Below, piece by piece: positions 13,478 through 26,362 of a stretch of DNA of 64,000 nt (its first letter is position 1; each line of letters opens with the position of its first letter). The DNA comes from Octopus vulgaris. Lineage: Eukaryota. The notes under the pieces were generated by a model that ran no database searches, was not told the DNA's origin, and was given only the letters and a program-made list of their open reading frames with translations. Made by a program: the position numbers and the translations under genes. The stretch is from NCBI GenBank assembly GCA_951406725.2, contig OX597839.1:24676001-24740000 (forward strand). The letters are read 5' to 3'.

Positions 13478-13797
13478 GGAGGTGCAATGGCCCAGTGGTT
13501 AGGGCAGCGGACTCGCGGTCGTAGGATTCCCAGACCGCTGCAGCGGGTGGTGGTGAACCCTGCTGTACTCTTTCACCACAACTTTCTCTCACTCTTTCTT
13601 CCTGTTTCTGTTGTACCTGTATTTCAAAGGGCCAGCCTTGTCATACTCTGTGTCATGCTGAATCTCCTCGAGAACTACATTAAGGGTACACGTGTCTGTG
13701 GAATGCTCAGCCACTTGCACGTTAATTCCACGAGCAAGCTGTTCCGTTGATCATATCAGCTGGGACCCTCATCATCGTAACCGACGGAGTGCTCCTA
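13478..13797 (+). mobile_element. SINE family D, internally deleted copy
   Basis: Near-identical to 14478-14860 apart from deletions. Confidence 0.8.
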
Positions 13798-13809
13798 CAA
13801 CTATTATTA

Positions 13810-14385
13810 TTGAGGGGGAGAGCAGTGCATGCCATCAAAGCAACATTGGAGTACAAATAGACGAAGCCCAGTATACCCATCGTGACTACCTGTCTGATAA
13901 GGTTACACCAGGCTCGGGCATCACATCCATAATGTATGCAACATGATGATCTCATATCAAGATAAACAGTGCATGACCTTGCAGGTGGGGCCCAGTTAGA
14001 ATTTTCTTCAGGTCGAGTAGCCCTTCCCACTCAAAAGGTCCTGGAATAAGGGTTGTTTAAGGATATTGAATGAAACAGCTATGTTTCCAGAGGTGAATTA
14101 TTCAAACCCCAAAGAATCCCTCTCAACACATGGCTATAATGCTCCCCCACTACTTCTGCTCGTGATTAGAGATGCACATATCGTCAGCCACTAAGGGACA
14201 TGCTCAAATGGTTAAGGTCAAACAACTGACAAGCAAATCTGTGGTATTGAGCAGAATATTTGCTGTAGCCCAACTTTTATACCAAGACAAAACAATGTAC
14301 ATGATAACACTTCCAATCAGTTAAGATCAGAAGCCATGAGAGCCACTGTTTGGTAATGCATCAGGTCATTTATTATTATTGTTGT
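13810..14385. repeat. Unclassified ~570-bp segment between (TTA)n tracts, probably a retroposon remnant
   Basis: Bounded by (TTA)n on both sides; no ORF; family not identified. Confidence 0.35.
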
Positions 14386-14477
14386 TGTTCAACCTTTGGT
14401 AGTTTCAGGCAAATACCTGTTGTGTCACCTGCTACATGTCCTTGTTGCTACTCACGCCTGCCCTACAATATCTTTCT

Positions 14478-14860
14478 GTGGAGGCGCAATGGCCCATTGG
14501 TTAGGGCAGCGGACTCGCGGTCGTAGGATCGCGGTTTCGATTCCCAGACCGGGCGTTGTGAGTGTTTATTGAGCGAAAACACCTAAAAGCTCCACGAGGC
14601 TCCGGCAGGGATGGTGGTGATCCCTGCTGTACTCTTTCACCACAACTTTCTCTCACTCTTTCTTCCTGTTTCTGTTGTACCTGTATTTCAAAGGGCCGGC
14701 CTTGTCACTCTCTGTGTCATGCTGAATATCCCCGAGAACTACGTTAAGGGTACACGTGTTTGTGGAGTGCTCAGCCACTTACACGTTAATTTCACGAGCA
14801 GGCTGTTCCGTTGGTCGGATCAACTGGAACCCTCATCGTCGTAACCGACAGAGTGCTTCC
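14478..14860 (+). mobile_element. SINE family D, full length, with 13-bp TSD
   Basis: tRNA-like head (TGGCCCATTGG..GTTTCGATTCCC). TSD ACAATATCTTTCT at 14465-14477 and 14861-14873. Inserted into a piggyBac-type MITE remnant spanning about 14395-14990. Confidence 0.9.
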
Positions 14861-15287
14861 ACAATATCTTTCTAAAAATAAACAATCACATCATTGAAAT
14901 CTCAAAGCTATGAGATAATGAATGATTAATTGAAAACAAGGTGAATAAATATGGATTACATTGAACAGAGTAATCTGTCAGAATAATGCCAAAGGTCTAA
15001 TCAAAGATCTCTTTCAAGGAAATCCAGTTACAGAGGTTACACAACTTTGACAGTCGGTGTAGTACAACAACAAACCCCCTCCTGAGCAAAACAGGAAAGA
15101 AAAGGACGCTAATCCTCTTTGCAGCTTTACACAGATTAATTCTGTTATTACCATATTTCCATTTGTCAAATCTATCTGCAAAGATAAACAATATTTGAGG
15201 GTTTAATGCCGAAATCAGTTGCCAAAGGAAGATTCCATAAACTTGATCCCGTCGTTAACTATTTCAAAAGGGCATATTTAATATTTC

Positions 15288-16303
15288 ATGGGTGTGGCTG
15301 TGTGGTTAAGAAGCTTCTCCTCCTAACCACGTGCTTCTGGGTTCAGTCTCATTGTATGGCACCTTGGGCAAGTGTCTCTTTTTATAGCCTCAGGATGATG
15401 ATAATGATGATGTATACATATACATAGGCGCAGGAGTGGCTGTGTGGTAAGTATCTTGTTTACCAACCACATGGTTCCGGGTTCAGTCCCACTGCCTGGC
15501 ATCTTGGGCAAGTGTCTTCTACTATAGCCTCGGGCCGACCAAAGCCTTGTGAGTGGATTTGGAGGACGGAAACTGAAAGAAGTTTGTCATATATATGTAT
15601 ATATATATATATATATATGCGTGTGTGTGTTTGTGTGTCTGTGTTTGTCCCCCTAGCATTGCTTGACAACCGATGCTGGTGTGTTTATGTCCCCGTTACT
15701 TAGCGGTTCGGCAAAAGAGACCGATAGAATAAGTACTGGGCTTACAAAAGAATAAGTCCCGGGGTCGAGTTGCTCGATTAAAGGCGGTGCTCCAGCATGG
15801 CCGCAGTCAAATGACTGAAACAAGTAAAAGAGTATATACAGAAATACGCACACATATATATACACACACACACACATATATATATATATACACACACACA
15901 TATGTGGGCTGTGTGGCAAGAAGCTTACTTCCCAACCACATGGTTCTGGGTTCAGTCCCACTGCACGGCACCTTGGGCAAGTGTCTTTTACTATAGCCTC
16001 GGGCCTACAAAAGCCTTGTGAGCACATTTGGCAGACGGAATCTGTAAGAATCCTTTGTGTGTGTGTGTGTGTGTGCGTAAGTATATCTTTGTGTCTGTAT
16101 TTGTCCCCCACCACCACTTGACAACTGGTGTTGGTGTGTTTACATCCCCATAACTTAGCAGTTCAGCAAAAGAGACTGATAGAACAAGCACCAGGCTTCA
16201 AAAACAAATAAGAACTGGCACTGATCCATTCACCCCAAAATTCTTCAATGCGGAGCTCCAGCATGGCCACTGTCAAATGCCTGAGACAATTAAAAAATAA
16301 AAG
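15288..16303 (+). mobile_element. Cluster of SINE family A copies (fragment 15288-15395, full 15427-15833, older copy 15905-16303)
   Basis: Family A consensus matches. Confidence 0.85.
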
Positions 16304-16354
16304 ATATATACACACATATACATAAAGCTGTACAATACACACAAAATACATATG

Positions 16355-16405
<51 letters not shown>

Positions 16406-17014
16406 CTAAATACACACACACACATATATGTATATATCTATATTCACACGCAAACCCTTTAGTTCAATTGCCATTAAGGGCTTCTGTTTTTTTACCCCAT
16501 AAGAGGTACTTTTAGAAGAGACAGCTGCTGCCTCCCCCCTTTTCTATGACTCATATCCCATCATGCACCACTCATCACCTTGGACCCTTTTATCAGATCT
16601 TCTCATCAATGGAATATTTTTACAAGATGCCTTTTTTTTTTTTTCTTTCTTCAAAATAAAAATATATTAAACATAAATTTCTCTTCACATTAACAAAACT
16701 TTATGCGTATTTACATACATATACATACATATACATATCTATATGTGTGTGTATATTATACACACATAGATATATATATATACACATATATGTAAATATG
16801 TGATATGTGTATGTGTGTATAAGTATACATATATATATATACATATACATATCTATGTGTGTGTATATTACACACACACACACACACATAGATATATATA
16901 TATATATACACATATATGTAAATATGTGATGTGTGTATAAGTATACATATATATATATACATATACATATATACATATACATATATATATATACATATAC
17001 ATATATATATATAC

Positions 17015-17060
<46 letters not shown>

Positions 17061-18092
17061 TATATGTATATATATATATGTATGTATCTGTAAATTATAT
17101 AAATTTGAGTGCTTGTGTACATAATATAAATAAATATGAATGTGCTTTTTGTATGTGTGAGTGTGCGTGTGCATGTGTGTATGTGTGTGTGCATGTGTGA
17201 AATACACGGCATTTCAAAAACTATTACATCACTTCCCCCACCATCACCGATTTCTTCAAGCATTAAACCTCCGATGCCACCACCTCCCCCACCCACCCAC
17301 CAAAAAAAATTCCAAACCTTTTGTGCAATTTTAGCAAAAGAGAAAGAAAAATCAAGTGAAAGAGAAAGAAAGGGGGGGGGGAAAGGGAGACAACCCCCTC
17401 TGCCGTTCCCCTTCATTTTTTTAAAAACATTTCTTTTTGTTGTTCAATGGAAACATTTAAAACTCCATCTTGTGTTGCTATATCTTCTGCCATTCTTTTA
17501 CCAGACGTCTTTAATGATTTCTCACCAAGTATTTCAATATTTTGATTATTTCTGGAGCAAAACTATTTCCCTCTTCCATTTCCGATGGAATATCTTTAAT
17601 GCCAGGTTTTCTTATGAGTCTCAAACAAATAAAAGAATCGCTCCCTTCCCCTGCCATCAAGCCAAAATTATTTTATCTTTTTTGCCTTTCCATATTTCTT
17701 CTCACTTTTCTGTTCCTGTTTTTGTATATCATTATTTTATTTCAAAGGATTTCAGTTAAATATTCAATTATCGTTAGGAGTTTACCCCAGCATCGTTAAC
17801 AAAATATATCCTTTATTCCTATTAAAATTTTTTCACCAACCATCAGAAGCGAAGCTGGAATCAGGCAACGTTTTGTGGGTTAAATGGCTGGCACTGGAAC
17901 AGTGGCAGATTAAAGATCTTGCTCTGAAAGACACTCATTTTAGTGCCACTGCCTATATATGGCTGTGTTTCTGTGTGTATATATATGTATATGAGTGTAC
18001 GTACGTCTATGTATGTACGTAAGCATGTGTATGTATATATTTATATATATATATACCACACAGCCACAGCCATACCTACTTACCACACAGCC

Positions 18093-18500
18093 ACAGGAGT
18101 GGCTGTGTGGTAAGTAGCTTGTTTACCAACCACATGGTTCCGGGTTCAGTTCCACTGCGTGGCACCTTGGGCAAGTGTCTTCTACTATAGCCTCGGGCCG
18201 ACCAATGCCTTGGGAGTGGATTTGGTAGACGGAAACTGAAAGAAGCCCGTCGTATATATGTATATATATGTGTGTGTGTGTGTGTGTTTATGTGTCTGTG
18301 TTTGTCCCCCTAGCATTGCTTGACAACCGATGCTGGTGTGTTTATGTCCCCGTTACTTAGTGGTTCGGCAAAAGAGACTGATAGAATAAGTACTGGGCTT
18401 ACAAAAGAATAAGTCCCGGGATCGAATTGCTCGATTAAAGGCGGTGCTCCAGCATGGCCGCAGTCAAATGACTGATACAAGTAAAGAGTAAAGAGTAAGA

Positions 18501-18577
<77 letters not shown>

Positions 18578-19092
18578 CGAAGGAGTGGCTGTGTGGTAAG
18601 TAGCTTGCTAACCAACCACATGGTTCCGGGTTCAGTCCCACTGCGTGGCATCTTGGGCAAGTGTCTTCTGCTATAGCCTCGGGCCGACCAAAGCCTTGTG
18701 AGTGGATTTGGTAGACCGGAAACTGAAAGAAGCCTGTCGTATATATGTATATATATATAATGTATGTGTGTGTTTGTGTGTCTGTGTTTGTCCCCTTCAG
18801 CATTGCTTGACAACCGATGCTGGTGTGTTTACGTCCCCGTCACTTAGCGGTTCGGCAAAACAGACCGATAGAATAAGTACTGGGCTTACAAAGAATAAGA
18901 CCCGGGGTTGATTTGCTTGACTAAAAGCGGTGCTCCAGCATGGCCGCAGTCAAATGACTGAAACAAGTAAAAAAAAAAAAATACATATATATATTTGTAT
19001 ATATATATACTCTTTACTCTTTAATTTGTTTCAGTCATTTGACTGTGGCAATGCTGGAGCACCGCCTTTAGTCAAACAAACCGACCCCCCAG
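18093..19092 (+). mobile_element. Two tandem family A SINEs (18093-18500, 18576-18980) and an inverted 3' fragment (19010-19092)
   Basis: Family A consensus matches. Confidence 0.9.
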
Positions 19093-20091
19093 GAGCTATG
19101 TCTTCTGTTACGACCGTTTTCAAAAAGTTTTCATCTTCTTTGACCCAATGAAACCCAAAATGGTTGGGAAGCAATCATCTTGCTGCACTGGCTTTTATTT
19201 AGTCATTGATGTTACTTGCTTCAGCAACTGAAGGGCTGAGATGTTCATCAAGGCATTTACCAAACTTGGCAAGTGGCATGAGGCACCAGTAACCAGTTGT
19301 TAGAACTATACAAGTATATAATGTGTATATATATAAAAAGCACCCACTACACTCATGGAGTGGTTGGTGTTAGGAAAGGCATCCAGCTGTACAAATGGAA
19401 CCTGGTGCAGCTCTCCAGCCTTGCCATCTCTGGTGAAACCATGCCAGCATGAAAAATTAACGTTAAATGACGATGATGGTGATGTGTGTGTGTGTGCATG
19501 CGAGCATGTGCGTGTGTGTCTTTCAACGCCTTCTTCTACCCTCGAGAGACGTAGAGACAACGATATGAATTTTAAGACCTGAAGTAGTCGTGTCTAAGTC
19601 GCTCGTTAATGCTACGAACATTCCAGCAACTAATTAGTGGGCGTTATTGATGACTGACACGACAAATATTAAGACATTCTAGGGCTGGGGTTAGCGAGGG
19701 AGTAGGGAAGCCAGAGGGGCAGATACATTCAGTTATTAATCTTTATTCATCTCTATCATTAAACACCATCAACCATTTTGCAATATCATTTCCCAATTAA
19801 TGCCACAGAAACCAACAACGATGAAGTCCTTATCTGTTTATGTCTATCAATGGCTGTCTGCTTCTTTGTCTCTCCGTGTCTGTCTCTTTGTTTATGGCCG
19901 TCTCACAGTCTATATATTTGCTTGTCTCTGTCTGTATGTCTGTCTATGTTTACACATGCATGCGCACACACATGTGTGTCTATTAACCCCTTATTTTTCT
20001 GATCCCTCTCTTACATATAATCCTTAGTTATTCACTTTATTTTGAATTAATCTTGCATTATTTCATAGCTTTCAGATTTCAATGATGTCCC

Positions 20092-20299
20092 TCTTTTACT
20101 CCAATACTTGTTTCAGTCATTTGACTGCGGCCATGCTGGAGCACCGCCTTTAGTCGAGCAACTCGACCCCGGGACTTATTCTTTGTAAGCCCAGTACTTA
20201 TTCTATCGGTCTCTTTTGCCGAACCGCTCAGTGACGGGGACGTAAACACACCAGCATCGGTTGTCAAGCAATGCTAGGGGGACAAACACAGACACACAA

Positions 20300-20350
<51 letters not shown>

Positions 20351-20626
20351 CAATAATTGAGGGTAAAATTAATTAGTTATAATCAATTTCACAAAGACAG
20401 GCTTCTTCAAAATATTACATTATATAATTAGGCAGTTTCCGTCTACCAAAATGGCTAAAAACTCCATTTCTCACAAGGACATTGGTCTACCAAATCCACT
20501 CACAAGGCATTGGTTGGCCTGGGGCTATAGCAGAAGACACTTGCCCAAGATGCCACGCAGTGGGACTGAACCCGGAACCATGTGGTTGGTTAGCAAGCTA
20601 CTTACCACACTGCCACTCCTGCGCCT
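20092..20626 (-). mobile_element. SINE family A with a scrambled middle
   Basis: Reverse family A copy; 20350-20490 is interleaved with foreign sequence. Confidence 0.8.
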
Positions 20627-20825
20627 ATGATTTTTACAATGACATTCTTGGGTAGGTATGAGAGGCCAGATCTGGCCAGTTTCAACATAAAACATGCGGA
20701 ATATTATGGCTAGATATGGCTGGTCTAACCCTTTAGCCTTCAGATTACTCTGTCAAATCTAATCCTTATTTATTCTCATTGTTTTGAATTAATCCTGCAT
20801 AATCTCATAGCTTTGAAATTTCAAT

Positions 20826-21290
20826 GATCATCATTGTGTAACGTCTGCTTTCCATGCTGGCATGGGTTGGACGGTTTGATCAGGACTCGGTAAACTGGAA
20901 GGCTGCACCAGACTCCAGTCTGATTAGGCATGGTTTTCTACAGCTGGATGCCTTTCCTATCACCAACCACTCCAAGAGTGTAGTGGGTGCTTTTTACATA
21001 CCTATTTCTTTACTACCCACAGAGAGGACAAACGGATTAATTTGATTATATCGACCCCAGTGTGTAACTGGTACTTATTTAATCGACCCCGAAAGGATGA
21101 AAGGCAAAGTCGACCTCGGCGGAATTTGAACTCAGAACGTAGTGGCAGACGAAATACTGCTAAGCATTTCGCCCGGCGTGCTAACGATTCTGCCAGCTCG
21201 CCGGCATGGGAGCCAGTCAGGCAGCACTGGGATCGGCCACGTTCAGATGCTGCTTTTTACATGCTACCAGCACAGGAGCCAGTCAGGGTG
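20826..21290 (-). mobile_element. SINE family C with a nested family B copy (21002-21203)
   Basis: Family C and family B signature blocks. Confidence 0.75.
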
Positions 21291-21299
21291 GAGAAGGGG

Positions 21300-22040
21300 G
21301 AGGGCTGGCGTAATCCTTATGACATGCATAAGATCTGGTCATCAAATCTAAGTAGAGACTTCAAACTTGAAATCTTCAAAGCCACAGTCGAACCAATTCT
21401 ACTACATGGCTCAGAAACCTGGACGTTATCAAAGAAGCTTGAGAGGCGGTTGGATGGAACCTACAGTCGCCTCCTTATGAGAGCTCAAAATCTCTCGTGG
21501 AATCGCCATCCAACCAAAATGCAAATATATGGGAAATTCCCACCTGTGTCATCTCTTGTGAAAGGTAGGAGAGTCCAGTTTGCTGGACATTGTTGTAGAG
21601 CTGAAAAAGAGGTAATTTCTACTCTTCTCCTTTGGAAGCCATCCCCTCGCAATACCAGAGGGCGCACACTCTTCGAGAGGTGATTGGATGGAACCTACAC
21701 TCGCCTCCTTATGAGAGCTCAAAATCTCTCGTGGAAGCGCCATCCAACCAAAATGCAAATATATGGGAAACTACCACCTGTGTCATCTCTTGTGAAAGGT
21801 AGGAGAGTCCAGTTTGCTGGACATTGTTGTAGAGCTGAAAAAGAGGTAATTTCTACTCTTCTCCTCTGGAAGCCATCTACTCGCAATACCAGAGGGCGCA
21901 CACTCTCCTACCCTGATGTAATCTCCAGGAATACAGGCATCCAGCAACAGGACCTCCGTAATGCTATGATGGACCGTGAAGTCTGGCGTAGCATGGTAAA
22001 TTCCATTGTCTCGACCATGGTCAAACAATGATGATGATGT
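21300..22040 (+). mobile_element. RTE-clade LINE 3' fragment with an internal ~230-bp tandem duplication and (TGA)n tail
   Basis: IFKATVEPILLHGSETWTL..LDGTY.RLLMRAQNLSW..RRVQFAGHC matches the RTE LLYGSETW / R.W.GH region; DGTY..RGRTL is present twice. Confidence 0.85.
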
Positions 22041-23499
22041 AATCCTTTATTTTTAGAATGACATTACAGAATAGGCGTAAGAGGCTGGATCTAGACAGTT
22101 TTAACATAAAACAGGTGGGATTTGTGGGCCAGATATGGCCAACCCTGTCAAATGTAATGCTTATTATTTGCATTGTTTTGGATTAATCCTGCATTATCTC
22201 AAAGCTTTCAGATTTCAAGGGTGTTATTGCTTATCTTTAAAATGACATTGTCGGATAGGTGTGAGAGGCTGGATCTGATCTGTTTGAACATAAAACAGGT
22301 AGAATATAGGGGACAGGATATGGCTGATTCAACCCTTTCACATTCAGATTACACTGTCAAATGTAATACTTATCGGATTATTTTGGATTAATCATGGATT
22401 AGCTTTGCGATTTCAATGATGTGACTGTTTCTTTTAGAATGACATTGTCGGGTAGGTGTGAAAGACCAAATCCAGCCAGTTTGCCCTGAAAACAGGTATA
22501 ATACTTGGATCTGAAATGGCCAGATGTTAAAGGGCTGACATTGGCTATCTTTTTTATGTGTGTTTGTAAATTTGGCTTATTGTTGTCTATCTCTCTCTCT
22601 GTGTCTGACTACATCTGTCAGCCTGTGTCTGACTACATCTGTCTGTATGTCAGTCCCTTTCTGTTTGTATGTCGTCTACCCCTTGATCTGTCTGTTTGTC
22701 TGAGGCTATCTATCTCTTTATGTCTATTTGCCTATGTTTATACGTCTGTGCGTCAGTCTCTGTATGTCCACCTATGCCTCTCTGTGTCTATGTCCATGTA
22801 TTTATGTCTAGCTCTATATCTGTTTCTCTCTCTCTCTCTCTCTCTGTCAGTATATCTACCTGGCTGTGTCTGTCTACCTGTCCATCTATCTATCTTTTCA
22901 TCTATATTTATTGATCTATCTATCTTTCTGCCTATATACCTATTCATATCTCACTTTCTCTCTCCCCCCCCTCATTCTCTCTTTCAACATCTCTCAAACA
23001 ATAATTCTCTCTTTCTATATTCTCCTTCTCTGAATCTATCTTTCTGTTTACAACTCTGTCTGTCTGTCTGTCTCTCTCCCCTTCTCTCTGTTTGTCCGTC
23101 CGTCTGTCTGTCCGTCCATCTGTCTGTTTGTCTGTCCGTCCGTCCGTCCGTCCATCTATCTATCTATGTCTCTACGTCAATGTCTATCCATCAATCAGTT
23201 AAATATCCATTAATAACCCATAATTAAATCACTTCAATCTCTGACAAGCAAATTATTGATTGCCAATTGATTGATTATCAACAAACTTCTAATTCTGAAA
23301 TATTCCATCCATCTTGACGACTTCATCATTGTCTTTCCCATCATGGCTGTCGCCATTGGCCTCCTTATTCTTCCTCTCTCCTCCTTGCCATTCTCATCAT
23401 CATCGTCATCATCATTGCCATTGTCATCACTATAATCATCATCATCATTGTCATCATCTTCATCATAATTATCTTCAGCTCCATCATATATTTTTGATG

Positions 23500-23890
23500 A
23501 CCTGCTTCTGTGCCGGTGGCACATAAAAAGCACCATCCGAACATGGCCGATGCCAGCGCCGCCTCGACTGGCTTCAGTGCCGGTGGCACATAAAAAGCAA
23601 CATTCGAACGTGGCCGATGCCAATGCCGCCTTAGCTGGCTTCTGTGCCAGTGGCACGTTAAAAGCATCAACCAATCATGGCCGATGCCGGACTCCCCTGG
23701 CACCTCTGCAGGTGGCACGTAAAAAGCACCCACTACACTCGCGGAGTGGTTGGCGTTAGGAAGGGCATCCAGCTGTAGAAACACTGCCAGATCAGATTGG
23801 AGCCTGGTGCAGCCTCCTGGCTTCCCAGACGCCGGTCGAACCGTCCAACCCGTGCTAGCACAGAAAACGGACGTTAAACGATGATGATGT
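23500..23890 (+). mobile_element. SINE family C with internal ~65-bp repeats
   Basis: Repeated GTGCCGGTGGCACATAAAAAGCA units, family C core and (GAT)n tail. Confidence 0.8.
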
Positions 23891-24227
23891 AGTGTAGCCA
23901 CAGGTCAGCCCCGACAAAGCAACAACAATGACCAAAAACTATTCCAACATTTCAGGAAACTGTCAGCAGAGCTAAATACTCGAACGCTGTCCATTTCTTA
24001 TTTAACCTATCAACCATCACATTTACCCCTTGTTGTTCATCGCAAACTTCACACAACCACCTGATATGCCTGTCTTCCATATTGGCATCAGTTGGACAAT
24101 TTGACAAGAACTGGCAAGGCCAGAGGTCACACCAGGTTCCATTGGTCTATTTTGGAATGGTTCCTAACAGCGATGACTGGACAGTGTATACTGGATGCTT
24201 GTAACATGGCACCATCAGCAGAGTGAA

Positions 24228-24555
24228 GGCAAATGGCGCAGTGGTTAGAGTGTCGGACCTACAACCATGAAGTAGTAAGTTTAATTCCCGGACCGGGCTG
24301 TGAGTTGTGTTCTTGAGCAAGGCACTTTATTTCACGTTGTTCCAGTTCGCTCAGCTGTAGAAATGACTTGTGACGTCACTGGTGCCAAGCTGTATCGGCC
24401 CCTTTGCCTTTCCCTTGGACAACATCAGTGGTATAAAGAGGTGGGAGGCTGGTATGCATGGGTGACTGCTGGTCTTCCATAAACAACCTTGCTTCAGAGG
24501 GGAACTTTCTAGATGCAATCGCATGGTCACTCATGACTGAAGGGAGTCTTTATCC

Positions 24556-24560
<5 letters not shown>
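24228..24560 (+). mobile_element. SINE family E (tRNA-derived, CORE/V-like CTTGAGCAAGGCACTT)
   Basis: A box TGGCGCAGTGG; homologous to 43630-43958 (-) and 26365-26525. Confidence 0.7.
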
Positions 24561-24605
<45 letters not shown>

Positions 24606-24607
<2 letters not shown>

Positions 24608-24771
24608 CACAGGAGTGGCTGTATGGTAAGAAGCTTGCTTCCCAACCGTATGGTTCCGGGTTCAGTCCCACTGCATGGCACCTTGGGCAAGTGTTTCTAC
24701 TATAGCCTTGGGCTGACCAAAGTCTTGTCAGTGGATTTGGTAGACAGAAACTGAAAGAAGCTCATTGTATA

Positions 24772-24805
<34 letters not shown>

Positions 24806-25463
24806 GTGTGTGTGTATCATCATCATCATCATCATCATCACCGTTTAACGTCCGTTTTCCGCGCTAGCACGGGTGGGACGGTTTCGACCAGGTTCTGGGG
24901 AGCTCGGAACTGCCCCAGGCTCCAGTCTAGTCTGGCAGTGTTTCTACAGCTGGATGCCCTTCCTAACGCCAACCACTCCGCGAGTGTAGTGGGTGTTTTT
25001 TACGTGCCACCTGCACAGGTGCCAGAGGGTCTGGCATCGGCCACGTTCGGATGGTGCTTTTTATGGGGGGGTGCAGAAATATAGGGGAGCACCAGTGGGA
25101 GGGGTGGTTCAGAGGACAAGTAAGAGGGGGGTTCAAAGAGTAGACACCTATAATGGTGGTGGGGGGGTGCAGAAATAATGGGGAGCACCAGTGGGAGGGG
25201 TGGTTCAGAGGACAGGTTCTAGGCAAGTAGAACGTATATCGATAATGCATAAATAGCGTATTGAAGAGGGGTTCAAAGAGTAGACACCTATAATGGTGGT
25301 GGGAGAAACGCATCCGGTATAGTTGGATAGAGATATCCGGTATTGGTGGTGGGGTGGGTAGGGTGGGCGCGCCGCGAAGAATCGGCAGCCAATTTCTAAT
25401 CAGCCCTGTAGGAGATAGATCTTAAATATCTATAACGATAACTAGTGAATTATACAGAATATG

Positions 25464-25526
<63 letters not shown>

Positions 25527-25722
25527 GTATGTATATGTATATATTTGTGTGTCTGTGTTTGTCACCCATCCACTATCACTTGACAACTGATACTGGTTAG
25601 TTTACATCCCTGTAACTTAGCAGTTCGACAAAAGAGCCCGACAGAATAGGTACTAGGGTCAATTTGTTTGACTAAAGGTGGTGCTCAAGCATGGCCGCAG
25701 TCAAATGACTGAGACAAATAAG

Positions 25723-25725
<3 letters not shown>
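24606..25725 (+). mobile_element. Family A SINE split by insertions (5' part 24606-24770, 3' part 25545-25725); contains a family C copy (-) at 24817-25065
   Basis: Both halves match family A; the intervening DNA lies in its internal microsatellite. Confidence 0.7.
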
Positions 25726-25762
<37 letters not shown>

Positions 25763-25840
25763 TAGAATATATAGGGTAGCGAATATTTTTAGAAATTTCA
25801 CCACCTAGCATATATATAAAAAGTCAATAGACAACATATT

Positions 25841-26052
25841 CTCAATATAAACTAGAGTACATTTAAACACAAGTGAAAACTACCTTTAACAGGTAACTTT
25901 ACATGCTAGAAGAAGCAGTCAAAATGACCGAAATAACATTCAAGAGCAATTAATGTGGTTTTGGTCGTTTTGACTGCTTCTTCTAGCATGTAAAAATTAC
26001 CTGTTAAAGGTAGTTTTCTCTTGTGTTTAAATGTACTCTATTTTATATTGAG
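25841..26052. repeat. Long inverted repeat (~100-bp arms, 11-nt loop)
   Basis: 25841-25940 is nearly the reverse complement of 25952-26052. Confidence 0.9.
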
Positions 26053-26327
26053 TATATATATATACTTCACCTTCGAAACGTAGAGTAGATGAAACCATGG
26101 CGACTGAAGAAGGGGTTTTTTCCTTGTGTTATTTGTCCTGTACTCTATTTAAAAAAATTTTTTTTTAAGAAAAATGTCCAGTTCCTTTGGTTTGTGTCTA
26201 TGTTTTCGTTTCTCATTGTGTTCGACGTTTTTTTTTGGTGTCCTGTACTCATATATGCGTGTATATATACATGTAGAGGTAGGTATGTACATATATGTAT
26301 GTATATATGCATATGTTTTATTTATTG

Positions 26328-26362
<35 letters not shown>

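Larger units (their letters stand above)
19987..22534 (-). mobile_element. Head-to-tail array of about 4 piggyBac-type MITE-1 copies, interrupted by later insertions
   Basis: Units start at about 19987, 20729, 22143 and 22333 with CCC(T)TT..CAGATTAC..GTCAAAT-like sequence, homologous to the reverse of 46350-46570. Confidence 0.7.

Noticed and set aside
14478-14556. tRNA gene (also the heads of families A, B and E)
   Set aside because: A/B boxes are SINE heads with no complete cloverleaf, followed by SINE bodies
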